Both the position numbers and the translations under genes were made by a program. Source: Syntrophorhabdaceae bacterium (GTDB lineage Bacteria; Desulfobacterota; Syntrophorhabdia; Syntrophorhabdales; Syntrophorhabdaceae). Taken from it: a stretch of 64,000 bases of DNA. Below, one piece after another: positions 47,493-58,258 of the stretch; within the stretch, counting starts at the first letter, position 1, and each line of letters opens with the position of its first letter. The notes under the pieces are model-generated. The model did no database searches and was not told the origin of the DNA. It was given only the letters and a program-made list of their open reading frames with translations. The DNA is taken from positions 352,001 through 416,000 of the forward strand of contig CAXXUO010000003.1 in assembly GCA_963666485.2 (NCBI GenBank), in the 5' to 3' direction.

Positions 47493-48734
47493 TTAGAAAC
47501 CAAGTATTCCTTTCAGTACCTTACCCGGCGTTAAACCTTCTTTTTTCTCGGGCGGAGTTTCCCGGTCCGAGGGAGCTTCCCTTCCCGGCCGCGAGCCCCG
47601 TGCGGACGCTTCCATGAGGGGAAGCATCGATGTTGATTTGCGGCGCACTTTGACGGCCCATATCGGGTCTTTCGGTTTCTGCGGATAGACGATATTCAAC
47701 TCGTCCCCGTATGCTATGAACTGGATCATGGCGCCCTGTGCATCTTTGAATATCCCCCGGGGGATGACGCATTGCGTCGTGGATGACGGCATGACCACCT
47801 TGTCCCTCACGAGCTGCCTGACCTCTTCGTTCGAGAGATAATTCATGAGTGACCAGCCTGCTTCACGAACATCACTTGAGCTCCAGATGATCATCGTCTC
47901 AGTATTCCGGTCATGCCCCATGGCGGTTGCAAAATATCCAGTCGCAGTCGGGATAGAATTCCACTGAAACGTGAAGCTGTCCGCAGGATTTCCCCTTGTC
48001 GAGGTGAATTCAACGGGGGCCATAAAGTCGTGGTCCGGATCGATCGAAAAACGGATATCCGGCACGTAATTGCCGTGGACAAAATGATTACCGGCAAGCG
48101 AGCTGTTGGCAGGCACCTGTTTGCCGTCCTTTTTGTTGGGCCAGTCGGCATATGCCGCGCCGGCACGCGGTGAAAGGCTATGCTGCCCCACTGCCCTGCC
48201 CTGGAACATCTTTCCAAACTCTGCCGGGCTTGCCTTTTCTGTATCGATAACGTAGGGCTGGCCGGGCCTTACCGTCTCCGAACATCCCCAGTATATCACC
48301 ATGCGCATCTTTGGTTTCTCGAATTTCTCGGGTCTTTCACCGGGCCGGCCTTCGTGTGTGCGGCCGGGATCAGGCGGTACAAGGGGCAGTGTCGGTCCCA
48401 TATTCTGTACCGGGGGAATATCGTGGGTTGCCTGCGGATCGGCAGGCAGGGATTTCGATGCGCTGACTTCAAGGTGGAGTCTCTTCCCCGAGGAACTGTC
48501 GCCTCCACCCGCGCCGAAAAGACCGCCGAGACCCGGCATTCCGCCTGATGAGCCCATACCTGCCGGCATTCCCGGAAAACCGCTCTTTTCTGTCGATACA
48601 CTCACCCAGTACCGGGTAACCGGTGTTTTTTCCGCCGAAAACACCTGCGGAACGATAACCGTCATGCAGGCAAAGATGATACAAGACATTACCAGACAGC
48701 CGGAAAGGACCTTCATTTTCCCCAACATTACCAT
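47493..48734 (-). CDS. Exported hypothetical protein
   Basis: Signal peptide, Gly/Met-rich linker, YWGC motif; GGAGG RBS. Confidence 0.8.
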   Translation of the reverse strand: MVMLGKMKVLSGCLVMSCIIFACMTVIVPQVFSAEKTPVTRYWVSVSTEKSGFPGMPAGMGSSGGMPGLGGLFGAGGGDSSSGKRLHLEVSASKSLPADPQATHDIPPVQNMGPTLPLVPPDPGRTHEGRPGERPEKFEKPKMRMVIYWGCSETVRPGQPYVIDTEKASPAEFGKMFQGRAVGQHSLSPRAGAAYADWPNKKDGKQVPANSSLAGNHFVHGNYVPDIRFSIDPDHDFMAPVEFTSTRGNPADSFTFQWNSIPTATGYFATAMGHDRNTETMIIWSSSDVREAGWSLMNYLSNEEVRQLVRDKVVMPSSTTQCVIPRGIFKDAQGAMIQFIAYGDELNIVYPQKPKDPIWAVKVRRKSTSMLPLMEASARGSRPGREAPSDRETPPEKKEGLTPGKVLKGILGF

Positions 48735-49172
48735 GCCTCCTGTTTAGTCGCTTAGATCGTAAAAATATCGTGAAGCCTCCATCGCGAGGGCTTCCGAAGA
48801 TGTATGACGAGATTATAAGAAGGTGCAAACAGCAGTGTCAAGAGAATTGCAGAAGGGTCCAGCCCATCGTTGATAATAAAGAAATTTTAAGAATCTATAT
48901 TTCTCGGACTCTACTTGTGCTATAATAGCCACGTGTCCGGCATGAAAATGTCCGGACACCCTCAAGCCACCGGATTCAATCCCCCCCGACTGTTATTCCG
49001 GTGGCTCCTTTACGTAAACACGGCCTCGGCTTCACGATGCAGCCTGTGATGCATGGTCCCCCTATGACCCTCCCCGGCTTCGTGGTTTGCCTCGATACAC
49101 TACTTTGGGTCTTGACATGGAGAACAGTTTTTAATATAAAAAATAACCAATAACTTTGAGCAGGAGTGATCT

Positions 49173-49370
49173 ATGGAAGAGATTACCAAAATTGCGGTTG
49201 ACGAATATCAGAAGAATGCGGATGGTTCCTGGACCTGTGTCAAGAATTCGGATATAACCACAAAGACCGGACAGGTAGTCAGGATAGCGCCGGGCACAAC
49301 CTTCAAGAAGGGCGGCACGTTCCTGGGACTCGACATCGTGGGAGTTCTTGAACAGATCAGCGCGAAATAA
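49173..49370 (+). CDS. Small hypothetical protein with its own sigma70 promoter
   Basis: TTGACA(49112)-17-TATAAA; AGGAG RBS; KNADGSW...PG..F pattern. Confidence 0.75.
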   Translation: MEEITKIAVDEYQKNADGSWTCVKNSDITTKTGQVVRIAPGTTFKKGGTFLGLDIVGVLEQISAK

Positions 49371-49491
49371 GAAATAGCCCAGCCAAATATGATTCGGGAA
49401 AATGACGGGAGATCTCTATCCCGGTATCGCTCATAGCGCGTAGCCCGCGTCATTTGAAAACATGTGCCCGTGCTGGCCAGGCACGGGCAGG

Positions 49492-50457
49492 TCATGCTGC
49501 TTTTGTGCGCTTACCCATAAGCTCACGTATAAATCCGATGAGGCTCAGGTCCGGTTTGGAAAATTGGGCGTCAGCACCGACAGATTCACCTTTATGGATG
49601 AGCCTGTCGTTTATGAGGGAAGAAAACAATATCACCGGGATCTCTCTGAATTCAGAAGAATCTTTTATCTTTTTGCACAGGTGGTAGCCGTCCATAACCG
49701 GCATCTCAATATCCGTAAGAACGACATCCACGTATTCCGTGAGAAGCTCCCCGGCAGCGCGCGCTTTATCATTCACGGCGGCGAGCCAGTTCCATGCTTC
49801 ATCACCATTAGCGGCAGAAATAACGGTAATGTCACCCTGCTCCTCGAGTCGTGACCTTACGTTGCGCCGGATAACATTCGAATCGTCAACATGAAGGATC
49901 CTGATCTGTTTCGCGGTATCGATCCTGGCCCGTGCGTCATTTCCATCCGCTGGAGGCGCTTTGAGTGCGAGGCTCGGGTCGAGCTCTGCAATCGCCTTTT
50001 CGAGATCGAGCACGAAAACGAGCTTATTGTCGAGCTCCACGACGCCCGTTACAGCGTCGCTCATGTTCTCCATGTACCCGTCGAGAGGTTTTATATTCTG
50101 CCACGTGACGCGATGGATCCTCGTGACGCCCGACACAAGAAACGCTGTGATAACATTATTGAATTCCGTGATCAGCACGTTGCAGGGCTTCAGTTCGACC
50201 CGGCTTTTATTCAGCCACACCGCGAGGTCGACGAGAACGATGACCTTATTGCGGTGATTAAAGAGGCCTGACACGATGCCCCTTTTTGAGTCCGGCGGGG
50301 TTATTTTCGTTTTCGGTACCGGTATGATCTCGATGACCTTGGCTACATTGACCGCGTAGTACCCGCGGTATCCTTCCTCGTCTATGTAGAGCTCAAGTAT
50401 CTCGACCTCGTTTGTTCCCGATTCCAAAAGGATGTTCGACGTGTTCCCCTGGCCCAT
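49492..50457 (-). CDS. cheV: CheV-like chemotaxis protein (CheW + receiver)
   Basis: ILLESGTNEVEI, NVAKVIEI, VDDS, TDIEMPVMDG and FSSL motifs; GAGGAGG RBS at the chosen start. Confidence 0.88.
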   Translation of the reverse strand: MGQGNTSNILLESGTNEVEILELYIDEEGYRGYYAVNVAKVIEIIPVPKTKITPPDSKRGIVSGLFNHRNKVIVLVDLAVWLNKSRVELKPCNVLITEFNNVITAFLVSGVTRIHRVTWQNIKPLDGYMENMSDAVTGVVELDNKLVFVLDLEKAIAELDPSLALKAPPADGNDARARIDTAKQIRILHVDDSNVIRRNVRSRLEEQGDITVISAANGDEAWNWLAAVNDKARAAGELLTEYVDVVLTDIEMPVMDGYHLCKKIKDSSEFREIPVILFSSLINDRLIHKGESVGADAQFSKPDLSLIGFIRELMGKRTKAA

Positions 50458-50539
50458 GTGCCCTCCTCGTCCCGGCAAGATAGGATAATCCTTAGAGGGT
50501 TTATCGGACATTAGGGCGCGGGTCTTAAATAAAGATATC

Positions 50540-50734
50540 TTAGCCCTTGCCTGACAGGGGGAAATCTATGCTTATCGCCTCTACCGGGCACTCGGCGGCG
50601 CAAAAACCGCATTCCTCGCAGAGGTCCGCAGCGATTGAGGCAGCGTCATCCTCGAGGATGATCGCGCCCGGCGGGCAGATATCGAGACAGCTTCCGCATG
50701 CGGTGCATTTTTCTTTATCAACGATCGGTATCAT
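50540..50734 (-). CDS. 2x[4Fe-4S] ferredoxin
   Basis: CTACGSCLDICP and CEECGFCAAECP. Confidence 0.93.
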   Translation of the reverse strand: MIPIVDKEKCTACGSCLDICPPGAIILEDDAASIAADLCEECGFCAAECPVEAISIDFPLSGKG

Positions 50735-52662
50735 CAGATCACCATCCCCAGACGGTACCCGTCATGGATCGCGTTGAGGAGACGCCGGGGCTTCTTTGCG
50801 TCTCCGATAAAATATACTTCCTTCGCCAGGGACCCGGCGTATTGCTTCCAGGCACCGTCTTCCGGGTACATGATCGCCATGATCACCGTGTCGAATTCTG
50901 CGTTACCGTCCCCGGACGGCCCTGAAAACCCGACACTGCGGGCGCTGATCGCACTGACTGATGTCCGCATCATGAAGCTGACCTTTTTCTTCTTCATGAG
51001 GGCCATGTACTGCCAGAAATAGAACGGGTTGACATCACGCCCAGGCTTTGGGGCCTCGTCGAACACGGTAATCTCGTGATCGCTTTTACGCAAAAGATAG
51101 ACCGCCACGCCAAGACCTACCCCTCCTGCCCCTATGACCGCGACCTTTCGTCCCGCCTCGATCGTTTCCATCATGATCTCACGCGGAAGCAGGACGCCGG
51201 GGGGAACTTCTCTGACCGCCGGTCCCGAGGCCACAACGACAACGTCGGGGTTATCTTTCCGTACCATGGACGGGTCGCAGGCAACGCCGGTTTTCAGCAC
51301 TACTCCCGTTTTTCGGCAAAGCTCCTCCAGGGTATTAACCGGCCGGAGAAGTTCGACAGCTCCCGGGTCAACCCGTGAAGCAATAAGGATATTTCCGCCG
51401 ACCGTCTCGTTCTTTTCGAATACGGTGACGTTGTGTCCCCTCTGCTGTGCCACGACAGCACATTGCAATCCGGCGGGACCTGCACCTACAACGCTGACGT
51501 TCTTCTTCGTATTCGACGGCTCGAACCCGTAGTATCCCCACTTTCCCTCGCCCTCATGGCCGAGGCTCGGGCGTACCGAGCACATTATAGGCTGATGGTA
51601 ATACAGGCGTGAAAAACAGACGTTGCAGGCTATACACGGAATGATCTCTTTTTCCCTGCCCTCCCGGATTTTCACGGGGAATTCGGGGTCGGCGATCATG
51701 GGCCGGCACATCTCGACAAAGTCTATCTGCCCCTGCGCTATCGCTTTCTCCGGAATATGAGGGAGGAACTGCCGGAAAGCCATCATGACCGGTACGTTGA
51801 CGGCCTTTTTGACCGCTTCTGCTATATACAGCCAGTGTCCCATGGGGACATCCCGCGTTATGACCGACTGGGACGACTCATGCCAGCCGATGGTGACGCT
51901 CAGGTAGTCGGCCCCGGCCTCCTCGGCTATTTTGAAGCTCTCGATACTCTCCTCGAACGTGTTCCCGCCACGGTCGTCGAGCAGTTCATGTCCGCACAGG
52001 CGAATGCCGACGGGCATACCTCCCACCTCGGCCTTGACGGCCCCTATGATCTCAACCATGAGCCGGCACCGGTCAACGATGCCCCCTCCATATTGGTCTG
52101 TCCTCTTGTTCGTATAACGGGATATGAACGTAGAAATGAGATATCCCACAATACCGGAAAGCTCGATCATGTCAAAGCCGGCCTCCCGGGCGCGCCGCGC
52201 CGCATCGACGTGATCCCGCACGGCCTGCTTTATCTCCTCGGCCGTGATCTCCCTCGGAGGTTTGAAATAGGACAATTTTTGCGGGACTATCGACGGCATG
52301 AGGCAATAATCGAGTTCGACGCCGCCTTCCCTGCCGCAATGAAGTATCTGTATGCTCGACAGGGCCCCATTCTCACGTATGACATCCGCCAGGCGTTTGA
52401 GCCCCGGGATATACCGGTCATCATTGATCGACATCATCCCCTTAAACCCCTTTCCCTCACCTTTCCTGTCGGGATAGGCCCCCTGGGTGGTCACGATGCC
52501 GGCGCCGCCTCGTGCCTGTGACTCCATGTACGCCACTTCCCTGTCGCTCACATAACCGTCCCCGTAGGGGAAGTTCGTCTCTGTAGCGGCATACTTGATC
52601 CTGTTCTTCGTACTAAGTTTGCCGATAGACCCTGTTTGAAAAATATGCGGATATTTTCCCAT
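50734..52662 (-). CDS. NADH:flavin oxidoreductase (OYE / 2,4-dienoyl-CoA reductase-like)
   Basis: NKRTDQYGG, CIACNVC...C Fe-S motif and GAGPAGL FAD site. Confidence 0.92.
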   Translation of the reverse strand: MGKYPHIFQTGSIGKLSTKNRIKYAATETNFPYGDGYVSDREVAYMESQARGGAGIVTTQGAYPDRKGEGKGFKGMMSINDDRYIPGLKRLADVIRENGALSSIQILHCGREGGVELDYCLMPSIVPQKLSYFKPPREITAEEIKQAVRDHVDAARRAREAGFDMIELSGIVGYLISTFISRYTNKRTDQYGGGIVDRCRLMVEIIGAVKAEVGGMPVGIRLCGHELLDDRGGNTFEESIESFKIAEEAGADYLSVTIGWHESSQSVITRDVPMGHWLYIAEAVKKAVNVPVMMAFRQFLPHIPEKAIAQGQIDFVEMCRPMIADPEFPVKIREGREKEIIPCIACNVCFSRLYYHQPIMCSVRPSLGHEGEGKWGYYGFEPSNTKKNVSVVGAGPAGLQCAVVAQQRGHNVTVFEKNETVGGNILIASRVDPGAVELLRPVNTLEELCRKTGVVLKTGVACDPSMVRKDNPDVVVVASGPAVREVPPGVLLPREIMMETIEAGRKVAVIGAGGVGLGVAVYLLRKSDHEITVFDEAPKPGRDVNPFYFWQYMALMKKKKVSFMMRTSVSAISARSVGFSGPSGDGNAEFDTVIMAIMYPEDGAWKQYAGSLAKEVYFIGDAKKPRRLLNAIHDGYRLGMVI

Positions 52663-52780
52663 GATCATCCTGTCCTTCGGGGATTTAAAAACAATGAAAA
52701 TGAGTATCACATGGCTCAAGGCCAGTCAATACGTTTGATGCGCAACAAGGGGAATCGCTTTATGTTTTTACGCCTTACGC

Positions 52781-55186
52781 CTAACGAATCACCGGAGAGA
52801 TGGCCCAGATGTTCCTGGCATAGTCGTCTATCGCGCGATCACTGGAAAACTTTCCTGACCGTGCCGTATTCCTGATTGCCATCTTGATCCACTCGTCGCG
52901 AGCATTGTACGCCGCCCTGACCTTTTCCTGGCATTCAATGTAGAGCGCATAATCGGCGAGAACACAATAATGGTCACCGTCCATCAGGGATTGAACTATC
53001 GGCTGGAAGAGCCCGGGGTCCTCGGGTGAGAAGAAACCGGATTGGAGCTGGTTCATGACCTGTGCAAGCTCCGCGTTGGACTCGGTGTATTTTCGGGGAT
53101 TGTAATCCTTTCTCAGCTCGAATATCTCCTCGGCCTTGTGCCCGAAGAGGAAGAAATTCTCTTCGCCGACCTCTTCCCTTATCTCTATGTTCGCCCCGTC
53201 GTATGTCCCTATCGTGAGTGCGCCGTTCAGGGCGAATTTCATATTGCCGGTCCCCGACGCCTCGAATCCTGCCGTCGATATCTGCTCCGAAAGGTCCGCA
53301 GCCGGTATGGTCACCTCGGCTATGGTCACGCCGTAGTTGGGTACGAATGCGACCTGCAGTTTGTCCTTGACGTAGGGATGGGCGGCAATGATCTCGGACA
53401 CGTTATGGATCAATTTAATGATGAGCTTGCACATGAGGTAGCCGGGCGCCGATTTACCGGAAAACAGGACGATCCTCGGAACGAAACCTTCCGGGACGTT
53501 CCCGTCCTTGAGCCTGTTGTAAAGAGTAATAACGTGAAATATATTGAGGAGTTGCCTCTTATACTCGTGAAAGCGTTTTACCTGGCAGTCGAGCAGGAAC
53601 TCGGGTTCCATCGTGCAGCAGAAAACCCTTTCCATCGCCGCGCGAAGCCGCAGTTTGTTCTCCCTCTTGATGGCCGCGAACTTCTCCCTGAATGACGCGT
53701 CTTCAGCAAACGGTTCGATCTTCCTGATCTCTGCAAGGTCGCGCATCCAGCCATCACCGATGGCCTCGGTGATAAGTGACGCAAGGCCGGGATTTGCGTT
53801 CAAAAGCCATCGCCTGTGCGTTATCCCGTTCGTCACATTCGTGAATTTCTCGGGGTACATCAGGTAAAAGTCTTTGAAAACATGGCTTTTCAGGAGATCG
53901 CTATGAAGACGGGAGACCCCGTTCACCGTATGACTGCCGACTATAGCGAGGCGCGCCATGTTGATGACCTTTCCCCCCTCGCCCGTGATGATCCCCATTT
54001 GCCAGGCCTTGTCAAACTCATCGGGGAACCTCCGGGCCACCTGGATATGAAACTTCCTGTCCATTTCCTGTATGATCTGCAGATGACGGGGAAGCAAATG
54101 ACCTATCAGGTCCTCGGACCAGGTCTCGAGCGCCTCGGGAAGTATGGTGTGATTCGTATAGGCAAATGTCTCCTTTGTCAGTTTCGCCGCGGTATCCCAC
54201 GGTACTTTCTCGTCATCCACGAGTAACCGCATCATCTCCGGTATCGCTATCGAAGGATGCGTATCGTTGAGCTGGATAGCTACCTTCCGGGGCAATATGC
54301 TAAGGTCGCCGTAAAATTTCTTGAACCTGCGGAATATATCGGCAACGGTGGCCGCGACAAAGAAGTACTGCTGTTTGAGCCTGAGTTCCTTCCCCGCGAG
54401 GGAGAGATCGTTCGGATAGAGCACCTTGGATATGTTTTCGCTGCTGTTCTTGTTTTCGACAGCTCTCACGTAATCGCCGCTGTTGAAATATTCGAAATCA
54501 AAGTCTCTCGTCGATTTCGCTGCCCACAGGCGCAGCGTGTTTACCGTATTTGTCCGGAAACCGGGGACAGGATAATCATATGCCATCGCAAGGATCTCAT
54601 CCGTATCGATCCATTCCGTGGCCTTGTTGTGCGTCTCTACCCTGCCATAAAAGCGCACCGGGTATATCAGTTCGGGCCTTGGAAATTCCCAGGGGTTCCC
54701 GTACCGCAGCCAGTTGTCCGGCGCCTCTGTCTGGTACCCGTCAACGATCCTCTGGGTGAATATCCCGTATTCATAACGTATCCCATAGCCGTAGCAGGGA
54801 TAATTCAGCGTGGCCATGGAATCGAGAAAACAGGCCGCGAGCCTTCCCAATCCTCCGTTTCCAAGCCCTGCGTCCCATTCATATTCAAATACTTCTTCCA
54901 ACTTTATGCCGAAGACATCCACTGCTTCACGGTATTCTTCCAACAGGTCGATGTTGAGCAGGTAATTTCTGAGCAGCCGCCCCATGAGGAATTCAAGGGA
55001 AAGATAGTAGAGCCTTTTCGCATCCGTCTTGTAATAGCTCTGCTGCGAGTCAATCCAATTCTTGACAAGCCGGGCGCGCACCGAAAGTGCGGTCGCCGCG
55101 TACTTGTCCCTCTGCGTGGCCGAGTACATGTCCTTGGAGAGGGAATACATCAGCTGATTTGTTAGTACCTTGCGAAAAGAATCCAT
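52781..55186 (-). CDS. glgP: Glycogen/maltodextrin phosphorylase
   Basis: GNGGLGRLAACF, QLNDTHP, KRFHEYKRQ and EASGTGNMK motifs. Confidence 0.97.
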   Translation of the reverse strand: MDSFRKVLTNQLMYSLSKDMYSATQRDKYAATALSVRARLVKNWIDSQQSYYKTDAKRLYYLSLEFLMGRLLRNYLLNIDLLEEYREAVDVFGIKLEEVFEYEWDAGLGNGGLGRLAACFLDSMATLNYPCYGYGIRYEYGIFTQRIVDGYQTEAPDNWLRYGNPWEFPRPELIYPVRFYGRVETHNKATEWIDTDEILAMAYDYPVPGFRTNTVNTLRLWAAKSTRDFDFEYFNSGDYVRAVENKNSSENISKVLYPNDLSLAGKELRLKQQYFFVAATVADIFRRFKKFYGDLSILPRKVAIQLNDTHPSIAIPEMMRLLVDDEKVPWDTAAKLTKETFAYTNHTILPEALETWSEDLIGHLLPRHLQIIQEMDRKFHIQVARRFPDEFDKAWQMGIITGEGGKVINMARLAIVGSHTVNGVSRLHSDLLKSHVFKDFYLMYPEKFTNVTNGITHRRWLLNANPGLASLITEAIGDGWMRDLAEIRKIEPFAEDASFREKFAAIKRENKLRLRAAMERVFCCTMEPEFLLDCQVKRFHEYKRQLLNIFHVITLYNRLKDGNVPEGFVPRIVLFSGKSAPGYLMCKLIIKLIHNVSEIIAAHPYVKDKLQVAFVPNYGVTIAEVTIPAADLSEQISTAGFEASGTGNMKFALNGALTIGTYDGANIEIREEVGEENFFLFGHKAEEIFELRKDYNPRKYTESNAELAQVMNQLQSGFFSPEDPGLFQPIVQSLMDGDHYCVLADYALYIECQEKVRAAYNARDEWIKMAIRNTARSGKFSSDRAIDDYARNIWAISPVIR

Positions 55187-55396
55187 GGTCAGACCGCCTC
55201 CATATAGTAAAAACGGGTCAAATTATTTCAGTATAAAATGTATTATTCCAGTAATTACGATAAGTTATACGGAACAAGCAATGTGACTTAGTAGCCGTTG
55301 TTAACAAATGGGCAGAAATTGAGGGGATATCATATTTAATAAATGAGTGCCGCAGGCCATGCGCCGGCCGGAACAAGTCGTGCCCCGGTCGGGTTC

Positions 55397-55741
55397 TTAG
55401 CGGTCCAGGTACTCGTGGGTCGGAAAAACCTCGCCAAGCGGACGAATAAAAGTAAACCCGGCGGGTTGACCCAGCAGGGCATCACCGGCCTCACGGGTGT
55501 AGTTTCCCGAAATGGACCAGGGAAGCGCCACAATGGTCGCTGCAAAGCCGACAGTAGTAGCAGCAAAGCCGATAGGCCGTAAAAGAATAAGGTCAAAAAG
55601 CATGGCATCGCCCTTATTGTTTGACCAGTAACTGGGTTTTTCAATATACCTGTCGGTGTAGTCATCCATAGAAAAGGCTGGAATTGCGGAAAAACAAAGG
55701 GCAAACGCAACTAGCATCGTTAATATTGCTGTTTTTTTCAT
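55397..55741 (-). CDS. Exported/membrane hypothetical protein
   Basis: Signal peptide; DLILLRPIG...FTFIRPLG pattern. Confidence 0.75.
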   Translation of the reverse strand: MKKTAILTMLVAFALCFSAIPAFSMDDYTDRYIEKPSYWSNNKGDAMLFDLILLRPIGFAATTVGFAATIVALPWSISGNYTREAGDALLGQPAGFTFIRPLGEVFPTHEYLDR

Positions 55742-55905
55742 ATGTTACCCCCTTTTCTTAAGACCTTTTCTTTTTATAGCACAGCATTTTAGCGATTTCA
55801 ATTATTTTTAGTAAACTTTTGTAAAAAATCTAGCCAATCTGTGTTTCACAAAGTACGTCACCGTTAACGATCATGTTGTCCCCGTTGCTGACACAATGCC
55901 ATCTG

Positions 55906-56397
55906 TTATTTCGAAGGAACCGCGTATCTCAATATTTCGTCGGGGGTAAACGTGTTCCGGGCATTTGCGGGTTTGCGGCCGCGATGCATGGATATGAGCG
56001 CCCGGGACACAGGGTAGCGGTTTTGTATCGTGTAACCCGGCTGAAAGATATAATTAGTCGTCTTGTCGTTGCCTGAGCCGGTCGTGTAGGTATTATAGTG
56101 GCCGGGAACGACCGTATCTTTCACATGCAGCGTCGTTCCATGCTCTTCCATGACGAAATAATCGAACCCCGCATTCCGTGTCAATTCGGCGCATCGCCGA
56201 AAAAGATACGCCTCGCAAAGATTTTCCGGCGTCTCCTGGCTACACTGGAAATCAACGCGGTACATCGTCTCACTGATCCTCGATTCACTGTACCCTTCCC
56301 CGAACAGCCAGTCCCGGGCCTGGTATTCCGTTGTGAGGCATCCGGTGACCGGAAGAAGGACAAGGCTGATAAGTATTATCTTAAGAAGGATCTTCAT
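55906..56397 (-). CDS. Lipoprotein (CC0125/CC1285-like)
   Basis: Lipobox VTGC; GYSE...RCAELT...GFDYF. Confidence 0.78.
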   Translation of the reverse strand: MKILLKIILISLVLLPVTGCLTTEYQARDWLFGEGYSESRISETMYRVDFQCSQETPENLCEAYLFRRCAELTRNAGFDYFVMEEHGTTLHVKDTVVPGHYNTYTTGSGNDKTTNYIFQPGYTIQNRYPVSRALISMHRGRKPANARNTFTPDEILRYAVPSK

Positions 56398-56926
56398 TTC
56401 GTCACCTCCGGAGAGTCACTCATCACTATATGTGAGATGCCGGACGATGGCAAGCTAAAATGTGATGTCATTACCGCCCCGAATCCGGCCGCATCGATAG
56501 CATTTTCTGATTTACCTGAGACATATTCGCATATCGAGAGGTTTCGGTCTATTTCAATTTCCAGTAATCTATATATGTGGCTCAGCAAATGATTCACGTC
56601 GGTACCCCTGACCCCTTTAGGCTGTATAAGCAAAAAAACGGGGCGCAGGGAGGACACCACGGAGATATCATCTGCACCCCTTAAGGTAAAAACGCTCGAT
56701 CATTATATTAACACAGGACGGTCATGACTACATCACTGAATAATTATGGTTTTACTATGGGTAAATTTTCCATACTAGAAAAGTATGTTACATCGTTATT
56801 CCGGTTTGCAGGAGTTGACATAACAAAAATCGGTGCTATCCTGAATATACTACGCAAGGAGAAGGATCTTACCTGTAGCTGGCTGCTTTTCTTCACCCCT
56901 CCGCAAATCAATCAAAGGGAATTGTT

Positions 56927-57124
56927 ATGTGGGTATACAGATGTCCCAAATGCGGGCAGGAAGTCTCTATCGTACGCAGCAAAAAGGGATACACGGTCCG
57001 TTGCTGCAGCTGGGTCTATTTTGAACCTGCAGGAAGGCCGTATGTTCCTTCAGTCGGATATCAGAAAAGAAGGGCGGAGACGGGAAGGTCCGCGCAAGCA
57101 CCTGGCACCAGGCCGGTGCGGTAA
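56927..57124 (+). CDS. Small Zn-ribbon-like protein
   Basis: CPKC...CC; AAGGGA RBS; TTGACA-16-TATCCT promoter at 56815-56842. Confidence 0.5.
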   Translation: MWVYRCPKCGQEVSIVRSKKGYTVRCCSWVYFEPAGRPYVPSVGYQKRRAETGRSAQAPGTRPVR

Positions 57125-57315
57125 TAATTTCTCTTTTTCATGATTCCCACCCTGTCCTGCCGGTTATTGCAGGGATAATCCCTCCTGATCGATTTGCAAA
57201 TCTCGAGATGATGACGGCAAACCTTCAACCCAAATAAAAAGGAACCGATTTTGAATACGATCGGTACGGAAACTTCGAATTCATTTTAAGGGAAATCATT
57301 TGATGTAACAAGAAA

Positions 57316-57359
57316 TGCCCCCGGCATGACTCGAACATGCGGCACATGGATTAGGAATC
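57316..57359 (-). other. 3' fragment of tRNA-Arg(CCT): prophage att site
   Basis: Reverse complement GATTCCTAATCCATGTGCCGCATGTTCGAGTCATGCCGGGGGCA gives the anticodon loop, T arm and acceptor 3' strand; the 5' half is absent. Confidence 0.85.
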
Positions 57360-57586
57360 TGTTTTTCACCTATCTCTTCGCTTATAATTTCAACAACTTA
57401 CGATGATTAGCGTTTCCGTGTGGTGACCCGTAGAGCGTTGATATCACTACATCGTTTTTCGGGGTCACCACAAAGTTCACTCCAGGGATATATGGTTTTT
57501 AATGCCGGAAGTGTGACATCAAAAAAAATAAAAATAATCTGTCACGAAACCAGATCTATTTCGGACTTATATAAGGGGGTCTATCG

Positions 57587-58258
57587 TTATGCTCCCGGGT
57601 CAGAATAAACCCAGTACCCGCCATAAACCATGGTCATCAGCTTCGTCTGCCGGTCCCACTCCTCATCCGTGAAGGGCTCCTTCCATAGCCCGGGAACGAA
57701 GTCGTACCGAATCCCGTACCGCAGCCGGTAATAGAGCCGCCTCGAGAACAGCTTCACGGTATCCCACAGGTTGAACCCGGTATAGGTGCATTCCAGGAAG
57801 AGCGTGAACCCGTCCGGCCAGCACATGAGTCCGGGCCGAGCCGTGTATGGCATCTGTCCGGTCATCGGCAACCGGGCCAGGTTCTGCCGCATGTATGCCG
57901 CCTGGGCCCTCCAGTCGTCCGTGAGGGTGTCCTCGTTCCAAGGGTTGCCGTACTCTTCCCGGCGGTATCCCTCGACGTCATATATCACCCCGTCGAAGAT
58001 CCCCATGTCGGCGAAGTGGAGGAGGTTTGTGACCCTCTCCTGGTATCCCTCAAACCCGGGACGCTGCCAGAGGAGGCTCAGGATGACCTTGATCCCGCGG
58101 GGCCGGTAGGTGTCACAGATCTCGACGATCTGGCTATGCGTCGGGAACCTGGGCCCCGGCTCGTCGTAGCCGAACCCGTTGATAATGAGGGTGTCATATT
58201 CCCGGGTTATCTCGTCGAGCCTCGGGATGTCAAAGGCGAGGAGGTAATAGCCCTTCAC
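57587..58258 (-). CDS. Phage protein, possible glycoside-hydrolase-like barrel
   Basis: FDGVIYDVEGY resembles the GH18-type DxE motif; overlaps the spanin stop codon. Confidence 0.65.
   Translation of the reverse strand: MKGYYLLAFDIPRLDEITREYDTLIINGFGYDEPGPRFPTHSQIVEICDTYRPRGIKVILSLLWQRPGFEGYQERVTNLLHFADMGIFDGVIYDVEGYRREEYGNPWNEDTLTDDWRAQAAYMRQNLARLPMTGQMPYTARPGLMCWPDGFTLFLECTYTGFNLWDTVKLFSRRLYYRLRYGIRYDFVPGLWKEPFTDEEWDRQTKLMTMVYGGYWVYSDPGA

Noticed and set aside
56394..57143. ORFs 56394-56660 (-) and 56724-57143 (+)
   Set aside because: No RBS or recognisable composition; they span promoter-like AT-rich DNA.
57316..57390. Complete tRNA-Arg gene
   Set aside because: No D arm or 5' acceptor strand; only the 3' half is present.
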